Program-made: the position numbers and the translations under genes
Shown here: positions 1-9,440 of the stretch, piece by piece
Layout: each line of letters starts with the position of its first letter
Numbering within the stretch: the first letter of the stretch is position 1
Notes under the pieces: model-generated
The model's input: only the letters and a program-made list of their open reading frames with translations
Database searches by the model: none
Told to the model about the DNA's origin: nothing
NCBI GenBank assembly: GCA_001600815.1
Contig: BCKZ01000011.1
Span: 599,622-633,371 of the forward strand
Source of the DNA: Alloascoidea hylecoeti
Taxonomy: Eukaryota
Reading direction: 5' to 3'
DNA length: 33,750 bases

Positions 1-1045
1 GTACATATATCGATGGTATTGGAATCACGAAATCTGAAAGTTTCGTTTTGATAGTAGCACATCCAAGTTTGAATTCAATAATTCTTTGATCGGATGCCCA
101 AGAGCAATTTAGTAGGGTAAATCCTTTATAAGTTTGGGTTTCAATAGATTCTAATAATGGCGTCAAAACGGCAGCTGGTAAATAAGAGAAACTAGCACCA
201 CTATCAAAAGCAACATATGATTTAACTGGAACAGTTTTCCCATCAAAACTAATGCTGTCTAACTGGGTACCCAAAGGTGGGCATACTTGTGACGGGAGAG
301 TGTATAAATCTCCAGTATATAAATTACTATCAACTCCTCCAAATATAAGACTTCCTGATGAGGAATCAGAGGAGTTTAAAAAAAGAGAATAAGCACCAGA
401 TTTTGTAATTCCAGAGTCGACTAAAGCATGTGGATAATTACGGTAACAAAAGTATTCATTACTTCCTTTACCAGCAAAAATACCATCAGGGCCAAGACCC
501 AACATCCCCCCTACACGACTGCTGTTCGTTGCTAATCCCAAGCTAAAATCTTTAACTGTCCGCCCAGCAATAGATACATCATCCTTAAACCATTCCCCTG
601 TTGATCCACTATTATCTTCAAAACTTGATCTAAATTGATTTGAAATATGCTTGTAAGTTGTGGAAAGCGATTTATCAAAATAACCAAATGAACGATTGTA
701 TTCACCACCAATCACGGAATCTTTAGCAAGAATCCACAAATCAGTAGAGCCAGTATCAACTTGAACAGTAACCTGTTGAGGTGGATTTCCAACTTCAATG
801 TCAATAAGATATACAAAATTGTACCAAAACGGAGCGATATGTGCATCAACAACCCCAGAACTCGAAATAGCTAGCACTTTCGATGCTGCTGTAGCCATAC
901 TATCTTCTAATCCAAGTTCACGTTTAAATTCAAGCTGATGCGTACCCGGAACAATATTAGCCACCTCCGCAATAATAGTTGGAATCAATCCCAAGGATAC
1001 AATTGATATTAAATGAAATATTTGGAAATTGAGTTGATACTTCAT
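1..1045 (-). CDS. Secreted pepsin-like (A1) aspartyl protease, Sap/yapsin-like; 3' end lies outside the window
   Basis: Not in the ORF track because it has no stop in the window. Manual translation from ATG 1045 gives MKYQLNFQIFHLISIVSLGLIPTIIA (signal-like), then a KR site, IEVGNPPQQVTVQVDTGSTDLW (catalytic D codon 755-757), GMLGLG, YSLFLN, LIFGGVD and FDSGAS (D codon 203-205). The frame is open to position 1. Confidence 0.93.
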   Translation of the reverse strand, partial: MKYQLNFQIFHLISIVSLGLIPTIIAEVANIVPGTHQLEFKRELGLEDSMATAASKVLAISSSGVVDAHIAPFWYNFVYLIDIEVGNPPQQVTVQVDTGSTDLWILAKDSVIGGEYNRSFGYFDKSLSTTYKHISNQFRSSFEDNSGSTGEWFKDDVSIAGRTVKDFSLGLATNSSRVGGMLGLGPDGIFAGKGSNEYFCYRNYPHALVDSGITKSGAYSLFLNSSDSSSGSLIFGGVDSNLYTGDLYTLPSQVCPPLGTQLDSISFDGKTVPVKSYVAFDSGASFSYLPAAVLTPLLESIETQTYKGFTLLNCSWASDQRIIEFKLGCATIKTKLSDFVIPIPSIYV

Positions 1046-1241
1046 CCTAATATTAAAATTGCAAATATCAAAAGGAAAAAACAACAACAAAGACCGGGTT
1101 TTAACTGTATTTTATATTAAAAGATTTACAGCCAAAATTATTATAAATTTGAACAAAGTATTGATCTTATCTAGCGTTAAGTAACCACACAAACTTAATC
1201 ATAAACTTTACAGTGCCACATTTCTGTTGTTGTATGCATAT

Positions 1242-1833
1242 GCAACTATTATGCATATTAATGTGCATTGGAATTAGGTCAAATCCTGAGAATTCTAAAA
1301 GCTTCCTCTTTGAATACATTTGAGGAGCTGGGATTAATTTCAACATTAGAATATCAGAGCCCTTATAATAACCTTTCTATAAATACATACATAAATATAT
1401 AACATTTCCGGTGAATAATCTCATCTGAATGAAGAGAACCAATTTGCTTTGAACATTTTAACTTTTTTGCAATTTAGATTTGATTATAATATAACTATTG
1501 ACGAGTTCATATTAATACAAATGATGGTAAATGAATGTATAATAATAATGAATTTAAATCTGATATAGGCCTAAAGCATTTTAGTTAAGAGCTGAGGTTG
1601 AATATTGATAAACATAACACATTCACTATAAGATTTAAATTAAAATAAAAAACTTAGGCAAAGTGGAATATGAAAGTTATGTACATATTCAAAAACTTCG
1701 AATTCTATGATGATAATTTAGTGTTAACAATACTAGTACTAGTTATTAATACAAGCACCCCCAAACTTTTAAACGACTTCATTACTAATTATAAATGGAA
1801 AAGCCGGTACCTTCTCGCAACTATTATGCATAT
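1242..1833. repeat. Pair of exact 17-bp direct repeats GCAACTATTATGCATAT (1242-1258 and 1817-1833)
   Basis: Seen directly. Each copy is followed by a loosely similar AATG...TAGGTC segment. Confidence 0.8.
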
Positions 1834-1934
1834 ATATGGGTGTCAATGCGTCAGTAATATAGGTCTTTATGTGTCTTTGTTATATGTTCTGAGAGTGTCA
1901 TTACTGACTCATTAGTATTATTTATATGATATTT

Positions 1935-2433
1935 ATTCTGTTTTAACCATACATACATGTCTTTTTTTATAGGCTCAAATTCTCAAGATATTCAGAGCGT
2001 CAACTTTAGACAGGTCACACGAGGATATCCAAAGTATCAACATGTACTGGCACAATAAATATGGATGTAGTTTAAAACATAAAACTATAAAAGCTATTTG
2101 AATGAGGAAATCACTCATAGAGTGAAATACGATCTCCAATAAATCTCATTTAATATTTATGATCAATAATTTGATCCCTATTCTTTCTCTTCCTAACATC
2201 ATCTTCTTTAGTATTATTATTGTTGAGCAATCTTCAAATAGATGTAATATGCCGTCTTTACCTTGTTGACATAAACTACAAATAACAGATTTTTGCCACC
2301 ATTGTTTTGCATTTTTATTATGATGTAGCATATGAGTAACATATCTCAAGCTGAGAAAATGTCTCTTCAGGGTGATAATAGTTTTCTTACTACTTCATCA
2401 TTTAATAGAAAATTATATGTGCGACTAAAGATC
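1935..2433 (-). mobile_element. Decayed non-LTR retrotransposon (L1-clade, Zorro/Ylli-like) ORF2 C-terminal fragment
   Basis: ORF 2146-2349 encodes CSLCQQGKDGILHLFEDC (2227-2280), which has the C-x2-C-x8-H-x4-C spacing and HLF..C ending of the zf-RVT knuckle. The frame continues past a TGA to ..CQYMLILWISSCDL.. Upstream, a shifted frame reads TYNFLLNDEVVRKLLSP*RDIF. Boundaries are approximate. Confidence 0.65.
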
Positions 2434-3142
2434 TAAAGGAAACCATCATGACAGTCATTATTTTGGTTGTTCCTTTGGTTATTATTTTGCGAGTACGTTT
2501 AGCATTTATTGGATACATTTTTATATTAGTTCTCGATACATACATATACTTCATTGGTTCTTTGTGAATTGTCTATAAATAAATATTGGATTGATCTATA
2601 TATACAAAAGAAATCCCACTTTTAAAAGAGGATAACCAAGTTAGCTTTAATATATTGATAGTCGTCTTTATCTGATTCCGCCAGATACATTTATTGTAAG
2701 CCACTAAGTCATTGGTAGCTTACTTTACAGAAGATGTAAGGGAACCCACGATCCTATAGCCACTATTAAGTCATTAGTAGCTTATTTTATAGAGGATGTA
2801 AAGTGAGCTAATAATGACTTAATAGCTTACAATAGATGTAACTGGCGGAATCAGTTACAGATGACGATCAAGATCTAAACAGGAAAGATGTATTAAAAAG
2901 CTGACCTCCCCTCTATTTAAAAGTGGGATTTATCTTATCTTTATATAGGTAAATCCAAAAGCTATTAATATGAAAGTCTTAGAAGTAATTAAGAGTCACC
3001 CTGTATTCCAGCAATGGGATGATGAGCTCAAGAGCTGTGGCATGTGTTTCAGTATAAAATGCATCCAAGAAACGTTAAATGTACTTGGGAAATAATAACC
3101 AAAGGAACAACCAAAATAATGACTGTCATTGTTGTTCCTCTA
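2434..3142. repeat. ~710-bp imperfect inverted repeat (fold-back palindrome)
   Basis: Nested arms: 2448-2487/3090-3129 (perfect 40 bp, extending imperfectly to ~2527/3052); 2586-2655/2888-2958 (perfect 16-bp core 2611-2626/2916-2931); 2672-2729/2797-2854 (51 of 58 complementary). Confidence 0.96.
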
Positions 3143-3157
3143 CACAGGAAATATAGG

Positions 3158-3229
3158 GCCTCCTTAGCTTAGTGGTAGAGCGTTGCACTTGTAATGCAAA
3201 GGTCGGCGGTTCAATTCCGCTAGGTGGCA
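3158..3229 (+). tRNA. tRNA-Thr(UGU)
   Basis: GCCTCCTTAGCTTAGTGGTAGAGCG-TTGCA-CTTGTAA-TGCAA-AGGTC-GGCGG-TTCAATT-CCGCT-AGGTGGCA forms a cloverleaf with A and B boxes and anticodon TGT. A T5 terminator follows at 3237-3241. Confidence 0.97.
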
Positions 3230-3671
3230 AGAAATGTTTTTGCTGTTTTTACTTTTGGCCCTTCGTTGCACGGCTATTTGCGGGTTCCCGTCCATTCGTT
3301 ATACACGTGTTTTCTTCAGAATTGAAGAACTGGTGGGGAATTCTTCAAAAAACCAATAAAGAAAAACTGGGTGGTCTCGATAAAAAAAGTTGCTGTATAA
3401 ATCACATTAATTAATTAGGTCTTTTTCACAAATTTTTGGTTGTTATAAATATAGTATTTATAGATAAAGCAGTTTAATATAGAGCCTTGATGGCCACTTG
3501 GGAAAAAAAAAAAAAAAAATTAACATTGTTTCAATTTCGTCACTTTCCATTCTCCAAAGTAATTGATATTATTTACTCTCTATAACTTATATGTAGCTAC
3601 GATTTCGAAAAATAATTAAGGAATATGTTATTGAAAAAAATTGAAGTATATTATTATACATTTATAAATGA

Positions 3672-4595
3672 TCATCTTGGCTTAGAAAATTCAGCATGTA
3701 TAATCAAACTATGAAGACCCTTTCCATCAATTGCATCTCTAGCCTTTTCTGCTAGAGAAACAGTGCTGAATGCAACATAGGCCAAACCTTTTGATCTTCC
3801 GGTCTCTCTGTTTCGAACCAGTGTAACTCTTTGTAATGGACTCCACCTGTCAAGCAAATAACGTAAGTCATCTTCAGTAACATCTTCATTGAGCTGAGTA
3901 ATACGTAGGGTAGTAGAATCATCTCTTTCATCGAATCGTGATCTATCACTATGACCAGAACTATTAGCACCAGCACCAGCGCCACCATTACGCAGATGAG
4001 GAGGAACATAACCAGTTGTGGTAGCAACAGGAGAAGCTTGTGTTGGGGTGGGATCAGAAGGTGGTAGGTTTTGAGAAGCAGCTTCATCTCCACCAAGAGT
4101 ATCTTTATAAGGGCATTTAGAGGTAAAATGTGCTTCTCCACACGTTCTACATGTGATGGCTTTTGTGGGAACTTTGGAAGCTTTTTCTTGATCTTCATCA
4201 TCTTTTTGTCGGAGTTTAGCAATACCTAATCGTAGATATATATTCTCACCAACTTGTGTAGTCTTCGTATTTGGGCCTGGTGGTGCATCGCGTTCCTCTC
4301 CGTATTTTTCCCAGTGCTTACGTTGTGCAACAGCAATGTTCACACGTTGTTTAGTGACAATTTCTTTGATTCGCTGTGTAACTTTGACTTTATCACCATT
4401 ATCATTGATTCTGTATGAAATAATTGTCTTGGTCCCATCAGGATTTTCAGTAACTTGTGGTGGTGGAATATTTAATGAGGATTCATCTTCTTCGACTTGA
4501 TCCGCCCACTTTGTAGGTTTAATTCTAGATGACACATTTGAAGTTAGTTTCCTTGTAACACATAAGTTTCCGTATAATACTTACAATCCAGACAT
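3672..4595 (-). CDS. TIF35: Translation initiation factor eIF3 subunit g; join(4585-4595,3672-4524)
   Basis: WADQVE motif, eIF3g domain, CxxC..H....C zinc knuckle, YVPPHLR and a C-terminal RRM. A 60-nt intron at 4525-4584 (GTAAGT..AACTAAC..TAG) restores the start MSGLIKPTKW. The ORF-track start is a GTG inside the intron. Confidence 0.96.
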
Positions 4596-4637
4596 CGTGT
4601 AAAATATCTGATATTACTATATTGGTCAACGTGTAGC

Positions 4638-4725
4638 TAAAAAACTTTTCACACACGCCCAGTTACCCGAGCTTGATGGTCGGTGGGTGTTATACACACG
4701 TGACCCCTTACCTAAGCGTCACATG
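4638..4725. promoter_or_regulatory. Divergent TIF35/WD40 promoter with RRPE-like, Reb1-like and Cbf1-like sites
   Basis: AAAAAACTTTTCA (~4639-4651), TTACCCG (4663-4669), CACGTGAC (4697-4704) and GTCACATG (4718-4725). Factor assignments are extrapolated from S. cerevisiae motifs. Confidence 0.55.
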
Positions 4726-4888
4726 AAGGCCACAACTGCAATATGATGTGGAGACCCTGTATGCAATCATCATACATATAAGGTTGCAACAATGATTTAT
4801 TAATATTTATACCGTTTCAGTTGCACTTCTTTTGAAATTGTAATATTCTTATTTCAGTCTATGTGCTCTGAACAAATCAAATTTCAAA

Positions 4889-6697
4889 ATGGATTCTCAA
4901 GTTACTTCACCATCTGGCTCTTTGAAATTTTCAAACTCAACTCCAACTTCTAGCTTTCATAGAGATAAACCTTCAATTGACAGTACTAGTAGCAGTAGCA
5001 GTGGTGTATCTGATGCTACCAGTTCAATTGGAACGTTTTCTTCCAGAAGTTCAGGACTATCAGTTGATAAGTCTTGGTTTTCTTCTGCACCCGTGTCTGA
5101 AAATTCTCTTTTTGGGAATCGTGATCCATCGAAAATTCGGTATAGTCGGATTTACAGAAAATTAAAACGATCACCAAAAGTTTTATATGATTTATTTCTA
5201 GCTCAGGAACTTAATTCAGGTATGTATTCATGTATTTTGTATATAATCGATGTAATTGAAATTGTCATTCTAACACCAGAAATTTTTATGCATAAAGAGG
5301 TCGTTTCATCATCTCAAACATCAGAGTCTTTCGAGGGCCGACCCAAAAATGCCATATGGTGTGCAAAATTCAGTTTGGATGGTAAATATTTAGCAACGGG
5401 TGGACAAGATCACTGTATAAAAATATGGAAGGTATTAAGTTCCCCAGCTGAAAGAATTCTTTGTGTTGAAGAATGGTCAAAAAGAATGATTAATAATGTT
5501 TCTGAATTAAACTATAAACAAAAAGATCAATTATCGTTTGCTCCTATATTTCAAAACACTCCATTTAAAATTTTCAAAGGTCATACATCTGATGTTTTAT
5601 CGTTAACGTTTAGTAAAAATAATTTCTTATTATCATCATCAATGGATAAAACTGTAAAACTTTGGAATATTGAACGTAACGAATGCTTAAATACTTTCCA
5701 ACATAATGATTTTGTTACCTCTATTGCTTTCCATCCTACTGATGATCGATTTTTTATATCTGGATCATTAGACATGAATCTAAGGTTGTGGTCCATTTTG
5801 GATAGGAATATAGCATATTCTGCAAAGATCCCAAGTTTGATTACCGCCGTTTGTTTTACACCTGATGGATCTTCTGTCATCGCAGGAGGATTTGATAGTA
5901 TGTGTTACATTTTTGATACTGTTGGGCTTAAGCAAGAAAATAAATTTCAAGTAGGTCATGTTAATGGGGAAAGAGCAAATAAAACAAAGATTACAGGTTT
6001 AGAAGTGATTCAAGAACAAAAGGATGGAAAGCATGTTTTTTATCTATTAGTGTCAACAAATGATTCAAGAATACGGTACTATAGTATAAAAGATAAAAAA
6101 TTAACAATGAAATTCAAAGGACATGAAAATGTAAGTAATCAAATAAGTGCATCAGTCTCTACAAGTGGTGAATTTATCATGTCTGGTAGCGAAGATGAAT
6201 GGACATATATTTGGCGAATAAATCATGAACATGATCATAAATTAATAGATAAATTGAAAAGAGCAATTTCAAGTGAAAAACATTATGAATCTTTTCATTC
6301 CCATCAATCTGTTGTTACTGCTTCAATTTTTGCACCCGAACGCACAAGGCACCTGCTTCTTTTATCTGGAGATCCAGTTTATGAAGGATATATCGAAGAA
6401 GGACAAAAGATTACATCATTAACTGGATTAGAAGGCGAAATTATTATCACTACAGATCAAACTGGGTTGATTTGCGTTTTTCGACAAGATTGTTCAAGAA
6501 ATTATCGAAAGACAAAACAAAAAACTTCGGAAGCGTCTTCACCTAATACCCCAGTCTCTGAAAGGGGTCGAGAAAGATCACTTTCGAGCACCAATAGTTA
6601 TGATGGACATAAATTGTTGTTACATATGCATATGTCTCATCTTGGATGTCAACCTCAAAGTAGATCAAGTAGCAGAGGTACAATCCGAGGTAAATAA
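4889..6697 (+). CDS. WD40-repeat protein, WDR44/Rab11BP (yeast DGR2/YMR102C) family; probable intron 5220-5279
   Basis: LFLAQEL, AIWCAKFSLDGKYLATGGQD, LLSSSMDKTVKLW, FHPTDDRFFISGSLD and LVSTNDSRIR are characteristic of this family. An in-frame 60-nt intron is present (GTATGT..TTCTAAC..CAG). Confidence 0.9.
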   Translation: MDSQVTSPSGSLKFSNSTPTSSFHRDKPSIDSTSSSSSGVSDATSSIGTFSSRSSGLSVDKSWFSSAPVSENSLFGNRDPSKIRYSRIYRKLKRSPKVLYDLFLAQELNSGMYSCILYIIDVIEIVILTPEIFMHKEVVSSSQTSESFEGRPKNAIWCAKFSLDGKYLATGGQDHCIKIWKVLSSPAERILCVEEWSKRMINNVSELNYKQKDQLSFAPIFQNTPFKIFKGHTSDVLSLTFSKNNFLLSSSMDKTVKLWNIERNECLNTFQHNDFVTSIAFHPTDDRFFISGSLDMNLRLWSILDRNIAYSAKIPSLITAVCFTPDGSSVIAGGFDSMCYIFDTVGLKQENKFQVGHVNGERANKTKITGLEVIQEQKDGKHVFYLLVSTNDSRIRYYSIKDKKLTMKFKGHENVSNQISASVSTSGEFIMSGSEDEWTYIWRINHEHDHKLIDKLKRAISSEKHYESFHSHQSVVTASIFAPERTRHLLLLSGDPVYEGYIEEGQKITSLTGLEGEIIITTDQTGLICVFRQDCSRNYRKTKQKTSEASSPNTPVSERGRERSLSSTNSYDGHKLLLHMHMSHLGCQPQSRSSSRGTIRGK

Positions 6698-7701
6698 ATA
6701 AGTTCATTATTCTTATTATAAGAGATAACTATATCTCAGAGATTTAGAGATGTAGAATATACAAGATTACATTTCCATTTATAAGGCTTTTATAAGTTAT
6801 AGCTGAATCCACAGGATAAAAACTAACAGTATATACTTAATATCAATAACACTGCACATACAATTGTATATAATTATAGCTAATGTATAATAATATTCTG
6901 AGTTATAGGCATATACATTTCCCCATAGAAATTAACAGTATACGTATTATAGAATCTCCAGCACTTTAATTATAACCAAATGTTGTAACTTTATGTGATT
7001 CACCTGCTTGTCTTGAAAAGAAAAATTTGAGATGAGTCTGACACCTAGATAATTATAGGAGACATGAAATGGTAGAAGATTATATACTAATTCGAAACCA
7101 ATGATGTATAACTTCTATATGTGGAGATAAAATGATCAGAAACCGAAACCCAGAACGATCTTAACTACAGGGAGGATCAAAGCTAATTTCGCACAAAAGT
7201 TAAATCACACAATTGCAAAACCAGGAAAATAAGCTGAAGCCTTCATCACGAACGTTAACATCGGAAATCAGGAAGCAAATATTAGTTTTTATAACGTTAA
7301 TGTTGTAATTAAATTAAAATATTATTAATTATGAACTACCAATACTCGCTAGATAATAAATTAGTATTAACATCCAAACTGGTCTGTGTATTGTATTTTC
7401 AATGGTCATGATGACACATTGATTTAATTTTAGATTACAATCGGTAGTATTATAAGCTTATGTGTGTAGCTGTTTTTGTGTTTTGTTTTGTACTTCTTTA
7501 AGATTTATACCCATATTTAAATTTAGTGTTCAGCTTGGACTCAAATTAACGCAGCCTGCATTGAAATATACCTTGAAAAATTGTCAGTCAAAAAATTTTA
7601 ATCTTAATAGTCATTCGTTCAACGGGTATCTTTGAGACTTTTAGTTCCATTTCATATTGGAAAACTTAAGATAAACAACTATATCATTTAAATACTGGAT
7701 C

Positions 7702-8879
7702 ATGGGGAAGTTTACGGATTTAAAAGATAAACTTGAAAACTCTCAAGGGCTTAAACCTTCGAATTCAGTTTCAAGCGCCAATGAGAGCACTAATAAAACA
7801 GATATATTCAAACATGTACCACAACCAGGTCCAGTACCTATATTAAAAGACAAAAAAGTAATTAGCACATTGGGAGGTTTTGCATCTGGTGCTATTGCAG
7901 CTTGTGGTGCCGTTACATTTACAAATCCAATAGAGGTAGTTAAGACAAGGTAAAGCCACATGCCCAAGAGGTATACAATCTATGAAAGTTAGATATATGA
8001 ATAGTGACACTAACCATTTAAATTTAAACTTTTTCATATAGGTTACAACTTCAAGGTGAACTCGCAATTTCCAAATCAGCCCCTAGGATTTATAAATCCT
8101 CACTACAATCCTTTCATTTGATCTTCCATCACGAGGGAATCAGAGGTCTTCAAAGAGGTCTTGTATTAGCTTATGTTTATCAAGTAGGCCTAAATGGATG
8201 TCGATTTGGTCTCTACGAACCTTTACGAAAATTACAACATTCAATTTTCTTTGCTGATGAATATGAAAAAGGCCACGACATCCAATCAATGCCGGTTAAT
8301 GTTATGGCTGGAGCAGTGTCTGGTATGGCGGGTGCCGTCGTTGGATCTCCTTTTTATTTAATTAAAACCAGAATGCAATCATATTCCCCTGTTCCTGCAA
8401 CCCAGGTAGGTGAACAAACTCATTATAAATCATCATGGGAAGCAATTTCACGTGTGTATAAGAATGAAGGTTTAAAGGGTTTATATAGAGGTGTCGATAC
8501 AGCCATTATAAGAACAGGCGCTGGTTCTGCCGTTCAATTACCATTATATTTTGCAGTTAAAAGGACAATGGATTCTTATAACTTTATGAAAGAAGGTCCA
8601 CTAAAATATTTTCTTGCGAGTACAATAGCAGGAGCAGGAGTTGCAGTTGTTATGAATCCATTTGACGTTCTATTGACAAGAATGTATAATCAAAAGGGGG
8701 ATTTATATAAATCACCAATTGATTGTTTGGTGAAGACAGTAAAATCAGAGGGTGTTATGGCTTTGTATAAGGGATTTGGCGCCCAAATTTTAAGAAGTGG
8801 GCCCCATACAGTATTGACACTGATGTTCATGGAACAGGCTGTGGAAATAATCACACGACTCGAACATGGACAATCTTGA
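7702..8879 (+). CDS. OAC1: Mitochondrial oxaloacetate/sulfate carrier; join(7702-7949,8042-8879)
   Basis: GAIAACGAVTFTNPIEVVKTR|LQLQGEL, YQVGLNGCRFGLYEP, three Px[DE/Y]xxK/LTR carrier motifs and TRMYNQKGDLY. A 92-nt intron at 7950-8041 (GTAAAG..CACTAAC..TAG) joins two ORF-track ORFs. Confidence 0.95.
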
Positions 8880-9084
8880 ATGGATAATATATAATCACAA
8901 TAAACATTAGCATAGATACTTATATAAATATGGATATACAGTATTGTACGGTACACATTGCTTTTGTATTTCTCTAAGAATTAAATACATTTCAATCCAT
9001 GATCAAGTATATATATTAGCCATTATTTAACTATGGTAATAGATATAGAACTATTTCGCCATGTGAAACAAAAGAGGTTTGACC

Positions 9085-9108
9085 ATATATATATATATAT
9101 ATATATAT
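9085..9108. repeat. (AT)n microsatellite
   Basis: About 12 AT units seen directly. Confidence 0.9.
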
Positions 9109-9210
9109 TACAATATTATTCGGTGCATAACTCGTGGGTGAGCGTTCATACATAATGTTCTTTTTTTTATAAATTAATAAATCCTTATAGTTAATCTCTA
9201 CATACTATGA

Positions 9211-9440
9211 GCTCGGGCTAAAACTCGGGTATTTCCGAGGTACCCCGAGTCCGAGTCCGAGTCCGAGTCCGATTTTTGTTTTAATCTGTCACCGAGTTCG
9301 TTACTTCCTCACACCCATATTACACGTGATATCTTTCAAATCCTGAAAATTTACCCTACTACTCCATAATTACGTAATCTAACTTATTACTATTACGTAA
9401 TAATTTGAAAAATTAGAACCCCGAGTTCCAGTCCGAGTTT
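9211..9440. promoter_or_regulatory. Cluster of CCGAG/CTCGG motifs including (CCGAGT)4, plus CACGTG and two ATTACGTAAT palindromes upstream of the PTM1-like gene
   Basis: CTCGGG at 9212 and 9224, CCGAGG at 9235, (CCGAGT)x4+CCGA at 9245-9272, CCGAGT at 9292, 9421 and 9433, CACGTG at 9323, ATTACGTAAT at 9369-9378 and 9392-9401. Confidence 0.6.

Noticed and set aside
1280..1405. Short + strand open stretch with EELGLI, reminiscent of the LINE GGLGL motif
   Set aside because: A single weak motif without flanking ORF2 blocks.
1670..1915. 81-aa ORF
   Set aside because: AT-rich composition with no recognisable motif; likely spurious.
2434..3142. Palindrome as a CRISPR array, autonomous DNA transposon or centromeric inverted repeat
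   Set aside because: No repeat-spacer periodicity and no transposase ORF. It has essentially no central core and is far smaller than the kb-scale IR centromeres known in Komagataella or Candida tropicalis.
3172..3414. 80-aa ORF
   Set aside because: Starts at a GTG inside tRNA-Thr; shadow of the tRNA gene.
3752..4222. Alternative-frame and antisense ORFs inside genes (also 5581-5880, 14674-15051, 16561-17118, 21009-21341, 22080-22463, 28450-28764, 30411-30776)
   Set aside because: All are nested in well-supported CDSs and explained by codon bias.
7021..7036. RRPE/PAC-like AAAAATTTGAGATGAG
   Set aside because: About 670 bp from the OAC1 start with no ribosome-biogenesis gene nearby; may be chance.
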